Source: Andalucia godoyi And28
Taxonomy: Eukaryota; Protista; Jakobida
Assembly: GCA_009859145.1 (NCBI GenBank)
Contig: VRVR01000011.1
Location: forward strand, 401,510 to 409,017
Length of the DNA: 7,508 nucleotides
Direction: 5' to 3'
The translations under genes were made by a program, and so were the position numbers. The notes below the pieces were generated by a model. That model had not been told where the DNA came from and ran no database searches. It saw only the letters and a program-made list of their open reading frames with translations. Each line of letters starts with the position of its first letter. The stretch's first letter is position 1. Shown piece after piece: positions 6,479 through 7,508 of this stretch.

Positions 6479-6632
6479 TCGAGTATCGCGCTGAAGTAGA
6501 ACTGCATATGATTTGAAGTGCGATGATAAAAAGCCTTTTCACAGGCAACGCGAGTGAGAGTACCAGTGTCGATCGTCGATCGCTAGCCCGCTAGACTGCG
6601 GCCGGTCGGTTTAGTGTAAAAAAGCCCTTCCG

Positions 6633-6993
6633 ATGCATTCTTCACCGCCCGAAGAATGCGGAGCGGTATCGACAGACGATCGAGCATGTGCTTTCGAAGA
6701 GCGTGGATCTCACTGGCGCCTGTGCGTTGCTTGGGATGTCCGCCAGGAGATTGGTGTGCGGAGATTTGAAGCACATGAACACGGCTCCTTCTTCCGTGCG
6801 CTGCGCGATGCCGAGTCGATACCCCAGAGGTTCGGATCATGTCGACCACCCGGTGCAGCGTCGTGGAGGGAAAACGCGCTCTTGCGGTTTCTTGGCGTAC
6901 CGATTCCTTGGCAAGCCACAGTGCGCCCACTTTCCCCGGGCTGTATCGCAGGTTTTGCTGACGAGGGTACGACCCGCTCCAGAAAGGGCTTGA
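6633..6993 (+). pseudogene. Possible frameshifted clan-CE cysteine protease relic (adenain/Ulp1-like)
   Basis: The frame of ORF 6633-7103 gives GSHWRLCVAWDVRQEIGVRRFE. The frame of ORF 6688-6993 gives PVQRRGGKTRSCGFLAYRFL about 30 codons later. Together these match the HW..(D/E)..Q..CG order. One +1 frame change is needed near 6825-6845, and chance similarity is possible. Confidence 0.3.
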
Positions 6994-7135
6994 TTCCCTT
7001 GAGTTCTGCGATACCGACAGCTCAGGCCCACCTGAAGGGTGTTGTTTTTCTCCACCAGATTCTGCATCCTCTGCACATGAGCAGTGCAACGGGGGAGCCT
7101 TGAGTCGAGAGATACTCCTCCAATCGACGATAGTG

Positions 7136-7166
7136 CCTCTCTCTTTCTCCTCTTTCTCCCTCTTTC
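7136..7166 (+). repeat. Polypyrimidine (CT-rich) low-complexity tract
   Basis: cctctctctttctcctctttctccctctttc, read directly. Confidence 0.7.
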
Positions 7167-7508
7167 GCGCGTTCCGATGCACGGTTTAACAAGTGTTGGA
7201 TGCGCACACGCCCGTTTCAGCAGGAGCGTTGGAGCACTCCTCAGCAAGAAAAAGCGTCCTGTATGCAGCTCCGCTTCTGATCCCACAGCGACTCGTAAAA
7301 TAGTGCTCACCAAAGCAAAGCAAAGTTCGCTTTCTGCAGCGCACGGTCCCATCGCATTTTAGGAGCTGCCGATACGCCGGAATGGACCCGGAGTAGTGAA
7401 TGCAGCAACCGGTTGTTCATTCCCCGAGACTGAGCGAATCGTCATGAGCCCAAACATGGAGAAAAACTGCATAAAGCCCAGCGTCCCTCATGCCCGATTG
7501 CAGCGATA

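Noticed and set aside
6583-7352. - strand ORFs with faint likeness to an RNase H C-terminus (VLQISAHQSPGGHP) or a transposase end (LPRCTAHVQRMQNLV)
   Set aside because: These are single short motifs lacking the key acidic residues, with no supporting upstream motifs.
6710-7508. A - strand frame whose stops are all TGA, suggesting an alternative code
   Set aside because: The readthrough translation has no recognisable motifs and TAA/TAG are scarce throughout this region. With six frames examined, this is compatible with chance.
1-7508. tRNA, rRNA, CRISPR array, LTRs, terminal inverted repeats, target-site duplications
   Set aside because: No cloverleaf, rRNA-like segment, regularly spaced repeat or matching terminal repeat was detected by eye; a computational scan could still find weak cases.

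Overview
Eukaryotic-looking window, probably from a protist: long intronless ORFs separated by A/T-tract spacers, with no CpG depletion. The left half has two intact, tandem + strand genes. The first is a 416-aa alpha/beta-hydrolase with a complete Ser-Asp-His triad and an unexplained ~160-aa N-terminal domain (132-1382). The second is a 719-aa secreted protein whose motifs resemble a compact large-lipid-transfer protein of the vitellogenin/MTP/apoB family (1750-3909). Immediately downstream and convergent (~3965-5669, - strand) is a disrupted non-LTR-retrotransposon-like unit that the ORF track splits into pieces. By hand it reassembles into an ORF1-like region (ZZ-like Cys cluster, basic/SYAQVA segment) joined to an APE/EEP endonuclease, with 2 frame changes and 3 in-frame stops. 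It ends just after the GDFN motif and has no reverse transcriptase. The right end (5700-7508) is poorly explained: a 169-aa orphan ORF and a possible frameshifted clan-CE (adenain/Ulp1-like) protease relic. All family assignments come from motif recognition by eye; no searches were run.
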